Shown piece by piece: positions 29,347 through 38,209 of a stretch of DNA of 64,000 nt (positions within the stretch are counted from its first letter, which is position 1; each line of letters opens with the position of its first letter). This DNA is from Actinomycetes bacterium (lineage in GTDB: Bacteria; Actinomycetota; Thermoleophilia; BMS3ABIN01): assembly GCA_021787475.1 (NCBI GenBank), contig JAJYLW010000008.1, positions 3,638 to 67,637 of the forward strand. Reading direction: 5' to 3'. Both the position numbers and the translations under genes were made by a program. The notes below the pieces were generated by a model. It saw only the letters and a program-made list of their open reading frames with translations, was not told where the DNA came from and searched no databases.

Positions 29347-30639
29347 CTACGGGTACGTGTAAGTAGCCCCCATGACGTCCTGGGCGCTCGCAGTCAGGGC
29401 CGCGGTCCAGGAACTGACGCCGGCCGGCACGCTGTATTTGAGCGTAACCGACGCGGATGAACCGGCCGCGATGTCGCCGCTGCCCAATGTCGCAGGCAAG
29501 GTCGTCTGCCGGGAGACGCCATTGGTGTCGCTACCAGCCGTAAGCTTCACAAGAAACGCGCTGGTGTTTCCGTTGTTGCTGACCGTCCAGGTAACTGAAA
29601 GCCGGCCGGCTTGGAAATCCGACAACGAAGCCCAGAATGAAACGGGCAAATCGAGGCTCAATGCGGGTTTCCCTGTTCCAGCCGGCGCCGTCAACGGCAG
29701 GTTGTCCTGACCGCCAAAGTCGAAGATGTAAGGAGAATCGCAGAAGCCGTCGTTATTGGCGTCGGCACAGCCCTGCGCAGCTGTGTGAAAATCATCCCAG
29801 TAGTTGCCACCCGTCGGAGCGGGCAGGTTGAAGAGGTTGCCGCTACCGCCGTTGATATAAGCCTGCGCCCACAGACTGCCCAGGATATTGTTGTGGTAGA
29901 ACTGATTGTAGTCGGAACCGCCCATATAGATGGCATAGCTGTTGGTCGAAAAGGTGTTGCCAAAGACAATGTTGTTATTGGCGCCGGTCAGAAGAATTCC
30001 GTCTCCCCAGAAATTATCGTTGGCTGTATTCCCGGATATTGTGTTTCCGTTGGAAGAGGAGCCAAGATCAATCCCGTAGGTATTATTTGAAGCGGTATTG
30101 CCCGAGACAGTGTTACTGCTGGAAGCGCTGAGGTCGATTCCGATTCCGCCATTGATGCTGTTCTCACAGACATTGTCTGAAATAGTATTATCGTCTGAAG
30201 AGTTAAGGCCAATCCCTTCCCAAAAGCCTTTTGTCGTCAAGTTCTTTATCGTTACGCCGGTTACGTCCGCAAGATAAACACCGTGCGTGTACTGCGGCGT
30301 CGTTGAGGAAGCGCTGTCTCCCATGAGCGTGTGGCCGTTGCCGTTGAGGGTGACGCCGCTGCTTTTAACGTCAATCCCGTCCGAATATGTTGTGAAAGTT
30401 ACATCGGATGTCAACGTGCAGGTCCCTGTGGAAGAATTCCAGACCCCCCAGCCATTGGCGGGAACGGCGCAGTCACCGCCGGTGCTGGTGATGGTGTAGG
30501 CCGAGTACGATGCGGTGGCGGCGCTAGCCGGCTGGCCTCCTGCCGCCAGCGTCAGTATCAGAAACACAAGAAGAATAAAAACAAAGCCTGCAGAAAATGC
30601 CAGAGTCCTCTTGCATGAAAGCCTTGCCTTAACTCCCAT
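29347..30639 (-). CDS. Secreted parallel beta-helix (NosD/PbH1-like) protein with C-terminal TYTYP domain
   Basis: Signal peptide, repeated GIxLxxSxxNTISGN, GGNYWDD..DANNDGFCDSPY motif; start ATG 30639 preferred over 30774. Confidence 0.85.
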   Translation of the reverse strand: MGVKARLSCKRTLAFSAGFVFILLVFLILTLAAGGQPASAATASYSAYTITSTGGDCAVPANGWGVWNSSTGTCTLTSDVTFTTYSDGIDVKSSGVTLNGNGHTLMGDSASSTTPQYTHGVYLADVTGVTIKNLTTKGFWEGIGLNSSDDNTISDNVCENSINGGIGIDLSASSSNTVSGNTASNNTYGIDLGSSSNGNTISGNTANDNFWGDGILLTGANNNIVFGNTFSTNSYAIYMGGSDYNQFYHNNILGSLWAQAYINGGSGNLFNLPAPTGGNYWDDFHTAAQGCADANNDGFCDSPYIFDFGGQDNLPLTAPAGTGKPALSLDLPVSFWASLSDFQAGRLSVTWTVSNNGNTSAFLVKLTAGSDTNGVSRQTTLPATLGSGDIAAGSSASVTLKYSVPAGVSSWTAALTASAQDVMGATYTYP

Positions 30640-30812
30640 ATACCCTTGACCTTTCTTTTTGCGAATTTGCGCCGCCGGAGCCGGCATGAACAAACCTGCG
30701 GGGCGCTTCGGTATTTCTTCGTTCGCCAGAAAAAAAGCGGCCCGGCGAGCCCGGCCGTTGCTTGTTCCATTCAACCGTTTTTTTATTGAATGATATTTAT
30801 ACGATAATGTAA

Positions 30813-30830
30813 ATCAGGGATTTCCCTGAT
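30813..30830. promoter_or_regulatory. Palindromic operator ATCAGGGA-TT-TCCCTGAT
   Basis: 8-2-8 inverted repeat abutting TTTACA-17-TTCAAT on minus strand; near-identical copy at 35019. Confidence 0.55.
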
Positions 30831-30836
30831 ATTCTC

Positions 30837-30868
30837 GAGGGCGGCCGGCGCAAGCGCCGGCCGCCCTC
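30837..30868. terminator. GC-rich hairpin downstream of rplL
   Basis: GAGGGCGGCCGGCG-caag-CGCCGGCCGCCCTC 14-bp stem; no clear U-tail. Confidence 0.55.
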
Positions 30869-30952
30869 TCTCTATTCCTCTTCCAATTAGAAGACTTTAG
30901 TTTGCCTTTTTCCGGATGGGTCCATCCAGCATCCAACCCACCATCCGGTTTT

Positions 30953-31330
30953 TTACTTCACCTCGACCGTGGCCCCGACCTCTTCCAGCTTTGCCTTGAT
31001 ATCGTCAGCTTCATCCTTGGCCACTTTCTCCTTGACCGGCTTGGGGGCGCTGTCGACGACTTCCTTTGCCTCCTTCAGGCCCAGCCCGGTAACGGCGCGG
31101 ACAACCTTGATCACCTGGATTTTCTTGTCGCCAACCGCGGCAAGCACCACGTCGAACTCGGTCTTCTCCTCCTCGGCCGCCGCCGCTTCGCCGGCCGCCG
31201 CCGGGGCCGCCGCCACCGCGACCGGCGCCGCGGCGCTGACGCCGAACTCCTCTTCAAGCGCCTTCACCAACTCGGCCAACTCGGTCACATTCAATTTCTT
31301 GATTTCTTCTATCAGTGTGTCAACTGCCAT
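30953..31330 (-). CDS. rplL: 50S ribosomal protein L7/L12
   Basis: [27 protein letters not shown]; start ATG 31330. Confidence 0.98.
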   Translation of the reverse strand: MAVDTLIEEIKKLNVTELAELVKALEEEFGVSAAAPVAVAAAPAAAGEAAAAEEEKTEFDVVLAAVGDKKIQVIKVVRAVTGLGLKEAKEVVDSAPKPVKEKVAKDEADDIKAKLEEVGATVEVK

Positions 31331-31394
31331 CTTTCCCTCCTGATCCATTGTTTCAGGGGCGCACGGCGTGCGCCCTTCGACCACAATGCTGGAA

Positions 31395-31919
31395 TCAAGC
31401 CGCTTCCTTCTGCTCCTGAATCCTGGCAAGCGCAGTCACCAGGCCTCTGATCGGGCCGGCGCAGACGGTAGCCAAGCCTCGTATTGGTCCCATCATCACG
31501 CCAAGTAGTTGCGCCTGCAGCACATCCACTGGCGGCAGCGACGCCAGGAATTTAATTTTCTCGATGTCAATGGCAGCGCCGTCAAGGACGCCACCCTTCA
31601 ATTCCAGCGGTTTGAATTCCTTGGCGTATCTGACCAGCACTTTCGCCGGCCCGACAGCTTCCTCCTCGCAAAAGGCTATCGCCGTTGGGCCGCCCAGGAA
31701 CTGCTTGACATCGGCCAGGCCGGCAGCATCGGCTGCCCGCTCCGTCAGCGTATTCTTAACTACTTTAAAACTGGCGCAACCGGCCTGTCGCAACTGCTGG
31801 CGCAATTCCCGCGATTGGGCCACAGTCAACCCGCGATAATCGGCCACGAGCATTGCGCTGCTTGATTTCATTTTTTCGACCAGCTCGCCCACCCGGGCCG
31901 CTTTCTCTTCTTTATTCAT
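31395..31919 (-). CDS. rplJ: 50S ribosomal protein L10
   Basis: DYRGLTV, VVKNTL, GPTAIAF. Confidence 0.97.
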   Translation of the reverse strand: MNKEEKAARVGELVEKMKSSSAMLVADYRGLTVAQSRELRQQLRQAGCASFKVVKNTLTERAADAAGLADVKQFLGGPTAIAFCEEEAVGPAKVLVRYAKEFKPLELKGGVLDGAAIDIEKIKFLASLPPVDVLQAQLLGVMMGPIRGLATVCAGPIRGLVTALARIQEQKEAA

Positions 31920-31934
31920 GTATCACCTCCAAAT

Positions 31935-32052
31935 AAAAATCTACCTCCGCAGAGGTAGACAAAAGAGAAATGCGTCATATTCTGTCACCTCGGCGGGCGG
32001 GCCGCCTTTCGGCCCATTATGCTCAGTTCGTGAAGCACCAGCTGTCTTCGGT
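31935..32052 (-). promoter_or_regulatory. L10 leader (rplJ autoregulatory RNA) with terminal hairpin
   Basis: CCGAAGACAGCTGGTG...CCCGCCGAGG pattern upstream of rplJ, then TCTACCTC-tgcg-GAGGTAGA-TTTTT. Confidence 0.75.
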
Positions 32053-32108
32053 TCAATAGTTCCGAGTTCCAAGTTCAAAGTCATTTTGAACCTGAATTTG
32101 GAAACTTT

Positions 32109-32825
32109 CTATTCTTCTGTCATAAAATCCCTTGTTACGGTGGAGTCAACCGGAACACCCGGCCCCATACTGGTTGCCATAACAACGCTTTTCATGTAGC
32201 GCCCTTTGGCGGCCGCCGGCTTGGCCCGGATAAGCTCATCAATCACAGCGCCATAATTTTCCAACAGATCTGCTTCCGTAAACGAAACCTTACCGATGGC
32301 AAGGTGGACTATGCCGGTGCGGTCGGTGCGAAACTCTATCTTGCCCGCCTTGGCATCCTTCACCGCCATGCCAATGTCAAAAGTTACCGTGCCGGCCTTA
32401 GGATTAGGCATCAGGCCGCGCGGGCCCAGCGCCCTGCCCAGCCGGCCGACCACCCGCATCAGGTCGGGAGTGGCAATGGCTACATCGAAATCAAACCAGC
32501 CGCTTTCGATTTTCTTGGCCAATTCTTCGCCGCCAACGAAATCGGCGCCGGCGTCCTTGGCCTCTTTTTCTTTCTCACCTTCAGCAAAGACGGCTACCCG
32601 CACTTCCTTGCCTGTTCCCTTGGGTAGCATCAGCGTTCCCCGGATCATTTGATCAGCCTTGCGCGGGTCAACACCAAGCCGGAAATGAACCTCGACCGTC
32701 TCATCAAAATTGGCAGGCTTGAGCGCCTTTAGCAAACACACTGCCTCCAGTGGCGAATACTGCCTGGCGCGATCGATTTGGCCCTTGTTCTCGACGGCCC
32801 TTCTGCTTATCCTCGTGGCCATCAC
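32109..32825 (-). CDS. rplA: 50S ribosomal protein L1
   Basis: [24 protein letters not shown]. Confidence 0.98.
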   Translation of the reverse strand: MMATRISRRAVENKGQIDRARQYSPLEAVCLLKALKPANFDETVEVHFRLGVDPRKADQMIRGTLMLPKGTGKEVRVAVFAEGEKEKEAKDAGADFVGGEELAKKIESGWFDFDVAIATPDLMRVVGRLGRALGPRGLMPNPKAGTVTFDIGMAVKDAKAGKIEFRTDRTGIVHLAIGKVSFTEADLLENYGAVIDELIRAKPAAAKGRYMKSVVMATSMGPGVPVDSTVTRDFMTEE

Positions 32826-33244
32826 TCCACCTCTATGCCCATACTCCGCGCCGTGCCGGCAATAATCTTGATGGCGGCTTCAACATCGTTGGCGTTCAGA
32901 TCTTTCATTTTCAATTCTGCGATTTCCCTCACCCTGGCGGCGGGAACGGCGGCAACCTTGTCCCTATTTGGCTCCCCGGAGCCTTTCTCGATGCCGGCCG
33001 CTTTTTTCAGCAGCACGGCCGCCGGCGGTGTCTTGGTAATGAAGGTAAATGAGCGGTCCTCAAACACTGTAATCTCGACAGGAATAATCGTGTCGCCTTC
33101 CTGCTGGGTCTGGGCGTTAAAGGCCTTGCAAAAATCCATGATGTTGACCCCGTGCTGACCAAGGGCTGGACCGACCGGCGGCGCCGGATTTGCCTGGCCC
33201 GCAGGGATTTGCAGCTTGATGATTGTCATTACTTTTTTAGCCAT
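32822..33244 (-). CDS. rplK: 50S ribosomal protein L11
   Basis: [29 protein letters not shown]. Confidence 0.98.
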   Translation of the reverse strand: MAKKVMTIIKLQIPAGQANPAPPVGPALGQHGVNIMDFCKAFNAQTQQEGDTIIPVEITVFEDRSFTFITKTPPAAVLLKKAAGIEKGSGEPNRDKVAAVPAARVREIAELKMKDLNANDVEAAIKIIAGTARSMGIEVE

Positions 33245-33336
33245 ATCAAAAAACAGTTTCTGGTTTCGAGTTTAATTTTCAGCCAGTGAACTCCGAAAGC
33301 GAAGGATACAGCAAAAAGAGACTGCGCCGCAACCTT

Positions 33337-33861
33337 TTAGACCTTTTTCACCTGCTCGAAGCTCAGCTCGACCGGCGTCTCGCGGCCAAAGATATTTACT
33401 AACACTTTCAGCTTGCTCTGGTCTTCGCTGATCTCTGCGATCTCGCCGTTGAAGTCTGACAGCGGGCCGGACATCACCCTGACCGTCTCTCCAACGCTGA
33501 ACTGGGCAATCGCTTTTGGCTTCTCTACTGTGGAGGTGTGCAAAATGCGGTCCACCTCCGGCGGGCTAAGCGGCACCGGTTTGTTGGCCGAGCCGACAAA
33601 TCCCGTCACGCCGGGCGTATTCTTCACCAGCGCCCAGGAGTCGTCGGTCATATTCATGTTCACCAGCACATATCCGGGAAAAACCCGTTTTTCCGTCTGC
33701 ACCTTATGGCCGTTCTTGGTCTCCACGACCTGCTCCGTCGGCACGACGATATCCTTGACGCTGTGCTCCTGGTTCATCGATTTGATTCGCTGCGTCAAAT
33801 TGAGCCGGACTTTGTTCTCGTGCCCGGAATATGTGTTTATGACATACCAGTTAAATGACAT
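33337..33861 (-). CDS. nusG: Transcription elongation factor NusG
   Basis: WYVINTYSGHENKV, FPGYVLV, IFGRETPVEL. Confidence 0.98.
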   Translation of the reverse strand: MSFNWYVINTYSGHENKVRLNLTQRIKSMNQEHSVKDIVVPTEQVVETKNGHKVQTEKRVFPGYVLVNMNMTDDSWALVKNTPGVTGFVGSANKPVPLSPPEVDRILHTSTVEKPKAIAQFSVGETVRVMSGPLSDFNGEIAEISEDQSKLKVLVNIFGRETPVELSFEQVKKV

Positions 33862-33872
33862 TTAAGTTCTTT

Positions 33873-34247
33873 TTACCCCGCGAACAGGCTTATTACCTTT
33901 GAGAAGACCGCGTCCCATATGGCAATGAACGTTCCTGCGATGGTAACAGCAATCACCACGACAATCGTTGATTGAATCAACTCCTCGCGCGACGGCCAGG
34001 TGACCTTGGACAGTTCCACTCTGACTTCGCGGAAGAACTTGACGAACTTGCGCTCTTTCAGGGATTTAGGCTTGCCCGGCTTTGCCTTGACTGGTTGCGC
34101 CCTCGCCGCCAGCTTGCCCCGCAACCCGCCGGTCCTGGCTTTGCCTTTCGGCGCAGGCTTTTCTTTTTTCTTCGCCGCAGCCTTTCCGCTTTTCGCGGAA
34201 AGAGCTTCTGCTTCCTTTTTCTTTTTTAGTTTAGCCGACCTGGCCAT
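33873..34247 (-). CDS. secE: Preprotein translocase SecE with Lys-rich N-terminal extension
   Basis: ELSKVTWP motif plus single TM helix; upstream of nusG. Confidence 0.95.
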   Translation of the reverse strand: MARSAKLKKKKEAEALSAKSGKAAAKKKEKPAPKGKARTGGLRGKLAARAQPVKAKPGKPKSLKERKFVKFFREVRVELSKVTWPSREELIQSTIVVVIAVTIAGTFIAIWDAVFSKVISLFAG

Positions 34248-34368
34248 AGAAAGTTCAAAGTCAGACTTCAGTTGTCGCCAACTAACTCCATCATAAAACG
34301 TTTTTTCGCTCTGCGCTCTGAGTCATGAGAAACACTCTTTGAGTTCTAGAGCGAGAGGCATGCTTTTT

Positions 34369-34445
34369 TGGCAGGGCAGGAGGGACTCGAACCCCCAACA
34401 TCCGGTTTTGGAGACCGGCGCTCTACCAGTTGGAGCTACTGCCCT
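34369..34445 (-). tRNA. tRNA-Trp (CCA)
   Basis: Cloverleaf AGGGCAG.../CTGCCCT, anticodon loop CTCCAAA, encoded CCA. Confidence 0.97.
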
Positions 34446-34469
34446 GCAGGTAGTCCACCGGCCACTCGA

Positions 34470-34498
34470 ATTATACCCGCGCCTTACGACCTTAGCAA
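34470..34498 (-). promoter_or_regulatory. Promoter of tRNA-Trp-secE-nusG
   Basis: TTGCTA-17 bp-TATAAT. Confidence 0.75.
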
Positions 34499-34508
34499 TT
34501 AAGCCAGA

Positions 34509-34670
34509 TCAGCGCGTCTCCCGGTGCGAGGTATGCTTCCGGCACCAGGGGCAATATTTTTTCAGCTCCAGTCTGTCCCGGTTGTTGACCTTGTTCTTGG
34601 TTGTGTTGTAATTCCGCCGTTTGCACTCGGTGCAAGCCAGCGTGACCATCGGTCTTTTATCAGACGCCAT
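34509..34670 (-). CDS. rpmG: 50S ribosomal protein L33 (Zn-binding form), not in ORF track
   Basis: Manual translation [53 protein letters not shown]. Confidence 0.97.
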   Translation of the reverse strand: MASDKRPMVTLACTECKRRNYNTTKNKVNNRDRLELKKYCPWCRKHTSHRETR

Positions 34671-34730
34671 CGTTGTCCCGTTTTCAAAGCAATAAAAAGA
34701 CGGCCAAGCCGTCAGTCAAGAACCTATAGT

Positions 34731-34759
34731 AATGTACCAGAGTTGCCAGCAAGCGGCAA
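34731..34759 (-). promoter_or_regulatory. Promoter of rpmG
   Basis: TTGCCG-17 bp-TACATT. Confidence 0.55.
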
Positions 34760-34840
34760 GGCGCCAAGCCGAACCCTGTTTTTTGGCTTCACCGGGAAGA
34801 ATCCGAAAACGCCAGAAACGGTTTGAGCTGCACCAACTAG

Positions 34841-34948
34841 TTAATCATGCAGTTTTGTCTGCCAGTCGAACCGCGCAAACTCGGATGCGCAAAAAGCAGC
34901 CAGTAAAATCAGGCTGCCGACAAACGCGATGCCCCGTTTTTTATTCAA
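34841..34948 (-). CDS. 35-aa signal-peptide-like small ORF or truncated exported-protein gene
   Basis: TTG start after AGGGGTG; MNKKRGIAFVGSLILLAAFCASEFARFDWQTKLHD. Confidence 0.35.
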   Translation of the reverse strand: MNKKRGIAFVGSLILLAAFCASEFARFDWQTKLHD

Positions 34949-35018
34949 TCCCTACACCCCTGGCGAACTAATTAATTAACCGCTTCTTAATTGTACGCTC
35001 CTGATTCATTGATTTCTC

Positions 35019-35034
35019 TCAGGGAATTCCCTGA
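35019..35034. promoter_or_regulatory. Perfect 16-bp palindrome TCAGGGAATTCCCTGA
   Basis: Same motif as 30813; 23 bp upstream of TACAAT on minus strand. Confidence 0.55.
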
Positions 35035-35178
35035 ATTATTCAACGATTCTGAAACGGGATGGGGAGGGCTGGTGGCCCACTTATTACGTTATTCGAACAG
35101 CTATAAAAATGAGATTTACCTGCTAAACAGGCTGAAACAGCACCTGGAAGAGATGTATGCGTAACATAATCAATAACA

Positions 35179-35781
35179 TCATTCATGCTGAGCGGCCTTC
35201 CAAATGGCGTCACGCAGCCCGTCGTAAGCGACCGGCTCGTCATGCAGGTCCCGAAGTGATTTAAGAGAGATCGAATGTTGACTGCGTTCTCGGCGATTTA
35301 GCAGAACAGTTGGAACTACATAGAATTCCCATTGCGGAACGTCGAGCGGATCGAGCGCCGTCTGATCTTTACATGCGAGTAGCGCGAAGACGTAAACCTT
35401 AGCTTGGCGTCGCTTTTCAGTACCCAATCGATTCGTCTCCGGATCCCATGCGAGCGTTTTCGGACAGTTGAATATGATCGAGGAAAGCCTTTCTTGCTTC
35501 CAGCTTTGAATATATGCCGCTGATTTGACCTCAATGGATATTCCGCGTGGATCCTCAAGGTCATAAGGCGCCCACTCGTCGCGAACACCATCGGCAGCAC
35601 CGATGGCGTTTGCAATCAGGTGCTCCGCCAAGACACCACGAGTCGCGTTACTTACAATATCAGAAGCACTCCAACGCCAGAAGCTGAGAATGTCGAAGTC
35701 GAGTTCACGATTACCACTGTGAAATAGCTCGCTCCCGGTTTTCCTCTCCGGATGTATTCGCCCAAGATCAGTCACTTGCAA
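35179..35781 (-). CDS. Hypothetical protein, PD-(D/E)XK nuclease-like
   Basis: RGVLAE...YDL...IEVKS spacing typical of the restriction-endonuclease fold. Confidence 0.65.
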   Translation of the reverse strand: MQVTDLGRIHPERKTGSELFHSGNRELDFDILSFWRWSASDIVSNATRGVLAEHLIANAIGAADGVRDEWAPYDLEDPRGISIEVKSAAYIQSWKQERLSSIIFNCPKTLAWDPETNRLGTEKRRQAKVYVFALLACKDQTALDPLDVPQWEFYVVPTVLLNRRERSQHSISLKSLRDLHDEPVAYDGLRDAIWKAAQHE

Positions 35782-35790
35782 TCCCCGCCA

Positions 35791-36135
35791 CTACCCAAAG
35801 AAGTAACAATACGGATCATTGTCAACCTCTTCTACCAGCTCTTTGAGGTCCCGGCTGGACGGCGATAGGTCATAGCAATGCCATTTTAGATCTCGACGTT
35901 GCCAGTAAAGTCTCCACTCATTTTTCGTTCGCACGTATTTGAGCTTGGCCACCGGAATTTCGATAGTTATGCGAGGGTCTTGCCAATCAGGGCGCTTCTC
36001 GAGAATCGTCACATCATGCCCTTTAACCCGATAAATCAATTCGAGTTCATTCCTGATATGAGCAGGGATGCGCTCCTGGCACATACCGCCAACCAGTTTA
36101 TCGATCTTTTTGAGTTCTAATTCGCTGAATGCCAT
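35791..36135 (-). CDS. DUF3024 family protein
   Basis: PVAKLKY...WRLYWQRRDLKWHCY...EVDNDPYCYFFG; strong AGGAGG SD. Confidence 0.85.
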   Translation of the reverse strand: MAFSELELKKIDKLVGGMCQERIPAHIRNELELIYRVKGHDVTILEKRPDWQDPRITIEIPVAKLKYVRTKNEWRLYWQRRDLKWHCYDLSPSSRDLKELVEEVDNDPYCYFFG

Positions 36136-36165
36136 TCGACTATTCCTCCTGGTTGCATCATATAT

Positions 36166-37707
36166 TTATCTATGACGATTTTTCCCAGGACTCTGACTTG
36201 CGTCTTTCAATATTGACAGGATAAATTCTCCAAATGGTAGGATGCCTTCTTCCAGCTGGGCCTTCGCCAATGCTTCGAAATACTCGCCCCGCTGTTCATT
36301 CTTGATGGTCACCCAGGAATAACCTGCAGATATCAGGAAGTAATTCATTAGTAGCCTTCCTGTCCTGCCATTCCCGTCCAGATAGGGATGAATCGTGACA
36401 AAGAAGTAGTGCGCCAGGATCGCTCTCACAACTGGATTCTTGACGTCATTTACAATCTTCACGAAGCTCGCCATAAGCTCTGGTAGCTTTTCGTATGAAG
36501 GCGGCGCATAACGCGTTCCCCGAATATAGACAGGCATACTCCGATATGTTGTCAGGCTGTAGTAATCAACTAAACCTGCATCAGTTGAAGGCTTGAAAAG
36601 ATTGGAATAGGTATCTTTGATGTGATTTTCAGTCAGGTGAGGCCTTTCGAAATCTTTCTTCGCCCTGGCCAATATGAAATCAAATGCTTCCGAATAGCCA
36701 ACGATCGCCATCCGATTTTTAAGCTGCTCAATATCATCGGCGCCTTCGCCTTTTTCATCCTTGGGAGTACGGCCTGAAAGGAGTACATCAACATCTCCCG
36801 GTGTGATTCTGTATCCCTCCAGAGATGTGGAATGATATGTGTCATATTTCTTGTGATCTCTGGCTTGTTTTAGAAGCTCGGAAAGCGGATGCTTTTCTAT
36901 TCGCGCGATCTTCGCCTTCAGCCCTTTGTTGAGAGCATCTTCAAGCTCTTTTGCCTCCTGCTCTTGCCTGATGACCCACGGCGGTGACAACACCGAAGGT
37001 TTTTCAGGTGCAGCCTTGGCTTCTTTTTTTTGTTTTTTGACAACCTGATAATGTGTGTATTCTTTAATTATTTCTTTCAGGTTTTCTGCCAGGTCTGGCC
37101 GTTTGGCCTGCACGGCTAGCTCGATAAGCCGTTTGAAAATAATCGGCTTGGGACTGGTGGCATATATCGCTGCCAGCATTCTTCTGTCAAAATCGGTGCC
37201 GGCAATAAAACTGCTAACTTCCTTCAGTGGAAATTTATTGACATCGACCAGCACCAGTTCAGGAACAGCGACCGGAATCTGCCGACCAGCTATATCCTGT
37301 CTTCTAATCAGTCGATCATCGAAATGAGGATCGTGCCTGAGCTCGATCTCAAAATCCAATGGCAGGGAAATTGTTCTGTTGGTTTTATCTTTTGTCTTCA
37401 CGGTCAGTCGTTTCTGAGCTGCCTGGTTCCCGACATATACCGAAAGGGCGGACTCTCCCCGCAGTGACCACTTGTGACGCGCAAGGATTTGTTCTATCGA
37501 CTGCCAGTAAAGCAGCGGAAACACTTCCTCGATTTCATCTTCGGGCTTCTTAAGTATCCAGCAACCCCGCGACACCTTGAATAGCAGCCTCCGCTTCCTG
37601 AGATAATCGCGTTGCCTTTGGTCCGGGATCTCTCCAGAAGAAACCACGTATTTATGTTGCTTTGTCTTTTCGGCCCACCATTTCATGGCCTTTTCCTGCA
37701 AAGTCAT
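36166..37707 (-). CDS. Fic family protein with long N-terminal putative DNA-binding region
   Basis: HPYLDGNGRTGR Fic motif, YHSTSLEG motif; N-terminus similar in layout to AbiEi-like winged helix (inference). Confidence 0.9.
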   Translation of the reverse strand: MTLQEKAMKWWAEKTKQHKYVVSSGEIPDQRQRDYLRKRRLLFKVSRGCWILKKPEDEIEEVFPLLYWQSIEQILARHKWSLRGESALSVYVGNQAAQKRLTVKTKDKTNRTISLPLDFEIELRHDPHFDDRLIRRQDIAGRQIPVAVPELVLVDVNKFPLKEVSSFIAGTDFDRRMLAAIYATSPKPIIFKRLIELAVQAKRPDLAENLKEIIKEYTHYQVVKKQKKEAKAAPEKPSVLSPPWVIRQEQEAKELEDALNKGLKAKIARIEKHPLSELLKQARDHKKYDTYHSTSLEGYRITPGDVDVLLSGRTPKDEKGEGADDIEQLKNRMAIVGYSEAFDFILARAKKDFERPHLTENHIKDTYSNLFKPSTDAGLVDYYSLTTYRSMPVYIRGTRYAPPSYEKLPELMASFVKIVNDVKNPVVRAILAHYFFVTIHPYLDGNGRTGRLLMNYFLISAGYSWVTIKNEQRGEYFEALAKAQLEEGILPFGEFILSILKDASQSPGKNRHR

Positions 37708-37803
37708 TTCAAATATTCCTAGCGAATAAATTTCAATATTTTATAGCGGAAAATGTTCAATAATTCTTAGCGGTAACTATACAATATTTTATAGCGTGAA
37801 AAA
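37708..37803. repeat. Four imperfect direct repeats with exact 24-bp period
   Basis: TAGCG at 37720, 37744, 37768 and 37792, each preceded by T(T/A)CAA. Confidence 0.85.
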
Positions 37804-37994
37804 ATATTTGCAAGTGTTTTTTCTGTGGAAAAATGAAAGGAGGGTGTTCCTATAAAAATAGATCGATCGGTCTAAAAATATAGGAATAGCGACAGAATTC
37901 TAAGGTGAAAAGCGGATAGTGAAAAAGAGTCGTTTTGCAGGCAATTTGTGCTCAGAGGTTCGAGTCCTGTCAGGGGGTTACGATATTGGCAAAC

Positions 37995-38022
37995 AAAAAA
38001 TGCCTTCATAGCAGGCATTTTT
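37995..38022 (-). terminator. Terminator after tRNA-Met
   Basis: AAAAATGCCT-gctatga-AGGCATTTTTT. Confidence 0.65.
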
Positions 38023-38035
38023 GAAGTTCAAATCT

Positions 38036-38112
38036 TGGTAGCGGTGGCAGGACTCGAACCTGCGACACGCGGATTATGATTCCGCTGCTCTGACCAACTG
38101 AGCTACACCGCC
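38036..38112 (-). tRNA. tRNA-Met (CAT), likely elongator
   Basis: GGCGGTGTAGCTCAG...ATCATAA...GGTTCGAGTCCTGCCACCGCTACCA. Confidence 0.95.
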
Positions 38113-38209
38113 GCAAAACGGATACCGGATGCTGGATCCTGGACTCTGAAAAAAATCCAACATAATCTTCGCTGCCACTTCAAGCCCAGTCCATCATCCC
38201 CACCAAATA

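Noticed and set aside
30640-30780. Riboswitch in the beta-helix gene leader
   Set aside because: Hairpins are present but I cannot match any known aptamer consensus; only the terminator-like hairpin is reported
35040-36165. Integron cassette array (DUF3024 and neighbour look cassette-like)
   Set aside because: Gaps of 9 and 30 bp leave no room for attC sites, and there is no integron integrase
37708-37803. 24-bp periodic repeats as a CRISPR array
   Set aside because: Repeats are contiguous with no unique spacers, and no cas genes are present
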